A DNA stretch of 64,000 nucleotides from Macrostomum hystrix (Eukaryota; Animalia; Platyhelminthes): positions 3,286,001-3,350,000 of the forward strand of contig CATNEN010000005.1 in assembly GCA_950097015.1 (NCBI GenBank). Direction: 5' to 3'. Shown here piece after piece: positions 58,701 to 64,000 of this stretch. Numbering within the stretch: the stretch's first letter is position 1; every line of letters starts with the position of its first letter. The notes beneath the pieces were generated by a model. The model did not search any database. It was not told the DNA's origin and worked only from the letters and a program-made list of their open reading frames with translations. The position numbers and the translations under genes are program-made.

Positions 58701-61591
58701 CTTTTCTTTCGATTGCTTCTAGCCTGCAGATCCCAGGCGTCTTCGCGACTGTCCAACCGGTCGTGCAGGAATGCGTCGAACATGGTGCCCTTGACGACCA
58801 TTTCGTAGAATGATAGGTCTGCGTCTGGCAAAGAGTTCAGGTAGCCATCCTTGTCAAAGAATCTGCGCTCTTCAGTGATAAACTGTTTAACGCTGCCGAA
58901 CAGCTCGACCATAAACTGCAGGAAAGTGTTCAACAGCAGGTGTCTATTCTCCATGTTGAATAGCCTCTTCTGATCGTTGAAGTCCTCGATGGTGAGAGGA
59001 TCGGGCTTGGATAGGATGACCCAGTCGAAGTTCAGCTTCTTCATTCGCGGTGACAGCTGGTCTTTTAACTGGCGTACCAGATCCCTAGAATGGGAGAAGA
59101 AGTTTAGTAACGATAAAAATTTAAATACATCTTAAGCACTATTGATTGCTATTTTAAAGGTGCTCAGTTTCAACCAAAACTTTTCGGTGTCTAATTGAGT
59201 GACTTCCATCGGAAGGGAAGATCTTCAGATGGACAATCACACAAAAACTCCATGTAATATCCTTTGGCATTTTCAACCAAATCTAGAATAAAAGCGGCCC
59301 CTCAATAAAGTACCCTTTATTCGCCTCTGGCCTCACCTGGGCATCGAAGGCACTCTCTCAGCTGGCTCAGTGAGGTACACATTTCCGGAGTCCAAGTCAC
59401 CGACAACTAGGCCGGCAGTGTCGTTGACCTCCTCGCGAAAGCTTGAATGACAGCCGAAGAAGAACGGCTGCGGAGCTCCGAGGAACTCGGCGCTGGGAAT
59501 GCTGGACATGTAAGGCAAGCTCCAGCGCATTGGATAGAGCAGCAGCAGCAGCGACTCCATTACAAGAGCAATCAGCGATGCGTCCGAGCTAGTCACAACG
59601 ATGCGTTGATCAGTTAGTAGGGCGGAAAGTAGCAGCATGATGTCGTCCAACGACAAACTGCGGAACAGCACGGTCAAGTCAAAGTCCACCACAATGCCCA
59701 TGCGTGGCATCGGTGGAAGCAAGCTCAGGGTGACACCAAATAATTCTGAGCGAATTCCCCAACAGGTGTCAGTCAAAGGTGGCACTGGTGTGCTGCACAG
59801 AGCGATTGTGGCCTCCTTGATGATGGAGTTAAAGTTGTGGGGATCCTCTTGGCACACACGGGACAGGATAGCAGCCAAAGAGGTTTTGAGTACGGAGAAG
59901 TACGGCAGCTTTGACACGAGGATCACTGTGGATGGCACATAGACAACCTGGAAGGTGATTGTAATGCGCGCGTGATTAGTCTTATCATCGGGCGGCGAAC
60001 AATTTCGCGTACTTTTTAATAACCATCCTACAAACTTTCTTACGAAAAACATCAAGTCCAAAACTTGCCTCATCACTGAGTCCCTCCTGTTCGTCCTCGG
60101 GGCCGTCTTCTTCTAAGCGAAGCTGCACTGTTTCCTCTTCCTCCTCATCGGAACTTTTGTTTTCTTCAGCATCGTAATCTTCAGAGTTGCTCTTGGCCAA
60201 GATCTGTCGTCTGGCTCGATATTGACGACCAAATGTCAACAGAGTGGCGTAGAGCCGATCGCCCGACAGGTGCGTGAGCACGTGATAGTCGATTCGAGGT
60301 TCCAAGGATTGCGAACTGACCTGCGGTGTTGAAAATTTCTCCCTTTTTAATTATGTACCTGTCAACACTTGCCTACTCTTATCGCGCAACTGAACACAAC
60401 AACATTGTCTGTTTTACGGGTTGAGATATTGCGCTTGTACGAGTGGTTCATATATTTAAGAATTCACTTCTCTTGTGATTTGCGGTCGATTTCTAAATCG
60501 TGAGTTTATCGAAATGCAGCACAAGCAAAGAAATTACCTGCAAGCCTTCTGGGTAGCACAGGTCTGGCAGGCCCTCGGCAACCTCGCCAGCTACCTTCTT
60601 CTCGTGCTTGCTGACCGAAATGTTGCGCAGCGAGGACATTCGCCTGCCATCGGCTCCGGTGCTGCCTATTGGACCGCTAGTAAGCGTCTGACGCCGGCGC
60701 ATAAGGCGCGGCAGTGCCTCCTGATCCTCGTCTGACATTAGCGACTTCAGCACATCGGCGTTAACCCTCGCGAAGCTGGGACGACGTGACTGCCGAGCGG
60801 CTGCTGACATCGACGAACGAGGCGACGTTGAAGAAGAAGGAAGCAGCGACTGGAATATACCGAGACGTCGACCAGAGCTGGCGCCACTTTCACCGCCGCC
60901 GCTTCCTACGCCACTAACGCCTGACACGGTTCGGATAAGCTAGAAGGGAAAAATGATTGCAGGATTTGGCTCTATGGCATGCTTGAATCTATTTAACATG
61001 TCAGCTAAAAACATTAACTATTACCTGGATTGAGTTAACCTCTTCTTCGTCTTCTTCTTCAATCAAGGTTGGCGAATGGCCGGCCGTCACTAGGCTAGAT
61101 GGGTGTTGGTGCTGCTGCTGCTGCGATCGATCGGGCACACGTCCGTGCGCCAGCGAACGCGAGGCTTTCGAGCCAGCGTGGAACGCCGGGGGCGGATAGA
61201 ACGGATCTACTGGCGGATGACTGCAATCGATTGGAAATTTGTCGTAATTCGTGCCCTTCGACTTTCAGAATTTACTAGGAGTTCAGCAGAAAGAATCATG
61301 CTTTAAGTTTACCGTGACATGTCTAATTTAAACGTACGTTAGTAAATTAAATAGAAAATATTTCTGTTGAATTTAGAATGGCGATGAGAATTACCTGTTC
61401 GGAAAGACTGCTTTCGACTCGTTTACAATAGCTAAAAAGCAAGGCTCAAAGGAGATGCTCGTTAGCTGTCTGTTTAATTGACCAGTGCCGCCGCCTTTGA
61501 AACTTGGTCGACGCCTGAGGCCGCTGCTTTCGTCTGCGCCAACCACGACGAGAATCTCCAGAAGTCTATTCTTTAAATAGAAGCCCGACAT
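52722..61591 (-). CDS. DENND3: DENND3-like Rab GEF (DENN, PH/GRAM-like middle, WD40 C-terminus); exons 61591-61395, 61220-61025, 60939-60538, 60320-60069, 59947-59337, 59084-58497, 57994-57328, 57257-57016, 56049-55518, 54221-53866, 53277-52722
   Basis: LLEILVVVGAD, LPDLCYPEG, cDENN LLLLLYPMRWSLPY...LGAPQPFFFGCHS, dDENN FDKDGYL...FYEMV...MFDAFLHDRL, GHLVLTDRSIYL and WD-like HADVVECL...DGYIAVW. Phases are consistent if intron 4 uses a GC donor. Confidence 0.85.
53400..53780 (+). repeat. 29-bp array (GACTGTACAGGTATGGAGTGTGTACACAT) in DENND3 intron 10
   Basis: Period of 29 confirmed. Confidence 0.95.
54298..55486 (+). repeat. 15-bp array (CTTTCTACCGATAYA) in DENND3 intron 9
   Basis: About 79 units; one 1-bp insertion near 54925. 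Confidence 0.98.
56165..56515 (+). mobile_element. SINE family A copy in DENND3 intron 8
   Basis: A/B boxes and body match 18066-18368. Confidence 0.82.
56855..56930 (-). mobile_element. Degenerate tRNA-like SINE head
   Basis: The minus strand reads TTGTAGCCCGTTGTT...GAAGGTCGGGAGTTCGAATCTC, resembling the family B head. A similar remnant lies at about 26415-26460. Confidence 0.55.
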
Positions 61592-63311
61592 TGCTTTGTT
61601 AGCAAATGTGGATGGTTAGTACTGCCCGTTTATTCCACGCTGCAGGCTGAAATTAGTTAATACAAGGTGCCATAATGGTTTTACATAGTATTAAAATCAT
61701 AGAATATAGTATTACATTGAGCCACTTTTGTTGGAACTGCTTATAGTATACTTTTATACATCAGTAGCCTTAATTATTATGATAATTAAACAAACTGCAG
61801 AAGATGGGACAAGCCATAGCATTGTCTAAACAGGTGTATATTAAAGCTGTTGCTAAATTGTCGATAAGGAATGTTCCTGTAGGGGATTTTTCATTTGGCA
61901 AGCGCAAAATAAAAATGCAGACTTCGCACTACCAAGAGAAAACAGAAAAGTACTTATTCAAATGGACCAAAACGTTCAGACTTAATCTACCAAGAATGTT
62001 TCTAACTCTGAAAATTAGCTCCTGCTAAAATCGTGAAGCTACATTACGTTAGATTGTCATTAAATGTTTTGTAAAGGCGCAAACCAAATCGGCACTTAAA
62101 TGCATAGTAAAACTGACTATTTTATTTTTAAAAATTTCAAAAAATATAAAAACTTGTTTTGCCTTTCATTGAAAAATAATATGACATATTCTATTTTTTT
62201 AACGCAAAGACATATTTAATGTTGTTATACTGCACCTTAACAGAATAGCTTAAAGCAAGATTTTCAAAAAGCGCTCTCCTTTTACTGTTAACTCCGAGTG
62301 TGTGATAAAGGTGTTGTTAGTATTCTGTAGTGCACGAGGAAGAGGGATTAAAAATGGTAAGTCGTGTACCTTGACAATATACGTATGTATTTGTTCTTTG
62401 AATTAGTGATTTGTGCATAATGGTCTTTGTTTCTGAAACCATTTTATGATTTAGTTAATGACTTAATCCAGACTTATACATAATCAGTTAAAAAATCGTT
62501 TTTTACTAAGTTTAGTAAATTATGGTATGTAATATTAGATTGGGATCTAATGGGATAGGTCATGGCTATGTGCATCATTGCACTTCACTCAATTTGCTTC
62601 TTTCCTACTATTAGCTCTTGTGTTTTTAAATATTCAAAGTAGTAACTAGTATATGCATATGCTTTACCAGCTTTGTTTTTGCCCTAGGCCTAGCTTATGC
62701 TATGTAGACTATGCTTTATTGCACTATCCATACTAAAGAATAATAGCCGTGCCTACAGCTTTGGAATTATGGAACTCTAGCCTTAGATATTGTTTGATGA
62801 ATTCTATTTATTATTTAACAGTTTAATACTGTCTACTATTTTTTACTTTTTTAAGTGCACATATGCTATAAGTAATGGCAAACTATATCTTCAGTTAAGT
62901 AATTTAATAGTTTTGTCAATTATTTTGCTATCCACTATTATTAATATTAGCATCGAAATAAATCAAGAATGGATTTTATTTAGTAGGCCTAATAAACATT
63001 TTTTGCTTAAATAAGTTTTACATGTTTGTTTTCAGTGCACACATCTTTTGGATTTGATTAATATCATAACCAACAGAATTTTTAGACTAAACTATAGGTA
63101 AATTTAATTGGCTGGAATCAGTAGAGTAGCCAGTTACTATGTAAGCTAGTGATTAGGCTAGAGACTAAAGTCAGTTGCCACATAAACTAGGCCTATAGTG
63201 TAAAGTCTATAAGTTAGCCTAACCTATAATACTTAGTGCCCAAAATAACTTGTCATAGAACTTATAGGGCTAGTTATTTATCCAATAGTCTAGTCAAAAA
63301 AAGTTTATATT

Positions 63312-63741
63312 TTGTAGCAGCAGCAGTTCTAGTTTCAAGCGTTATTAAGCTTCAGCACGGTTAACTTACATACTTGTTACTTAGACTTTAGAGCAAAGCC
63401 CCTAATATAGAGCGCATATAATATCCTCTTGTCTATGGTTAATACTGACACATAAATACAGTCACTCAAGCCACCAATTTGTAGCCGTCTTAAAGGCTAC
63501 AACTAAGAAAGGTAGATGTTTGCAGTGGAATGTAAGATAGGACGTTATGCCTTAGTGGTCTCGCCCGGCTAAGACTTCTGGGCTTGAGTGACTGTATTTA
63601 TGTGTCAGTATTAACCATAGACAAGAGGATATTATATGCGCTCTATATTAGGGGCTTTGCTCTAAAGTCTAAGTAACAAGTATGTAAGTTAACGGTGCTG
63701 AAGCTTAATAACGCTTGAAACTAGAACTGCTGCTGCTACAA
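63312..63741. mobile_element. Long palindromic (foldback/MITE-like) element: 161-bp arms, 108-bp spacer
   Basis: 63312-63472 is the reverse complement of 63581-63741 with one visible mismatch; no clear TSD. Confidence 0.8.
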
Positions 63742-64000
63742 TTTAAAGCAAAGTTATTATATAATAACTTTAAACAACCTAAGTTTGTTAGTTATAATAT
63801 TATTTATTGCTTTTGTGCCTTTTTGTATTGTGTTTTAAAAATTACAATGAAATTCAATGTTTGATAAAGTTATATATATATTTGGCAAATAAATTGTAAG
63901 TTAAATGACACATAATTTAACATAAGATAAGATGTTTAAGAAAGAAAATAGATTCTAAAAATTTTTTCAGTTCTTAATTATGGTTTTAAAGTACTTAATG

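Noticed and set aside
63431-63439. Link between the palindrome and the ACCATAGAC motifs at 2568-3109
   Set aside because: Only a 9-mer is shared, which is plausible by chance in 64 kb, and there is no flanking similarity.
1-64000. CRISPR-like arrays
   Set aside because: All arrays are head-to-tail tandem units without unique spacers; the DNA is eukaryotic and has no cas genes.

Overview
Eukaryotic (animal) genomic DNA, very rich in minisatellites. The gene style, AT-rich short introns and array density resemble a free-living flatworm such as Macrostomum; this is inference only. Gene models built by hand from splice sites and phases: two tandem GT32 (DXD, Och1/Sur1-like) glycosyltransferases (+), a 4-exon GPI-anchored Ly6/uPAR/Quiver-like gene (+), four co-oriented minus-strand genes (an unknown poly-Ala protein, ABCB7/ATM1, CCDC43, RIC-3), a 7-exon GT7 beta-1,4-Gal/GalNAc transferase (+) and an 11-exon DENND3-like gene (-). 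Mobile DNA: two inverted hAT/Buster-type MITEs carrying an internal 16-bp array, an RTE-like LINE with an intact ORF inserted into an 18-bp array, a deleted Ty3/Gypsy element, two tRNA-derived SINE families (one with a CORE-like domain) and a 430-bp palindrome. More than 20 different tandem arrays occur, mostly one private array per intron or spacer; they explain nearly all long low-complexity ORFs in the track. Most notable: an ABCB7 start codon that must be supplied by splicing, an exon bracketed by inverted copies of the same array, two GC-AG introns, patchwork divergence of the GT32 pair, and shared LINE/SINE 3' ends. No CRISPR array, rRNA or genuine tRNA gene is supported. All similarity statements come from motif recognition, not database searches.
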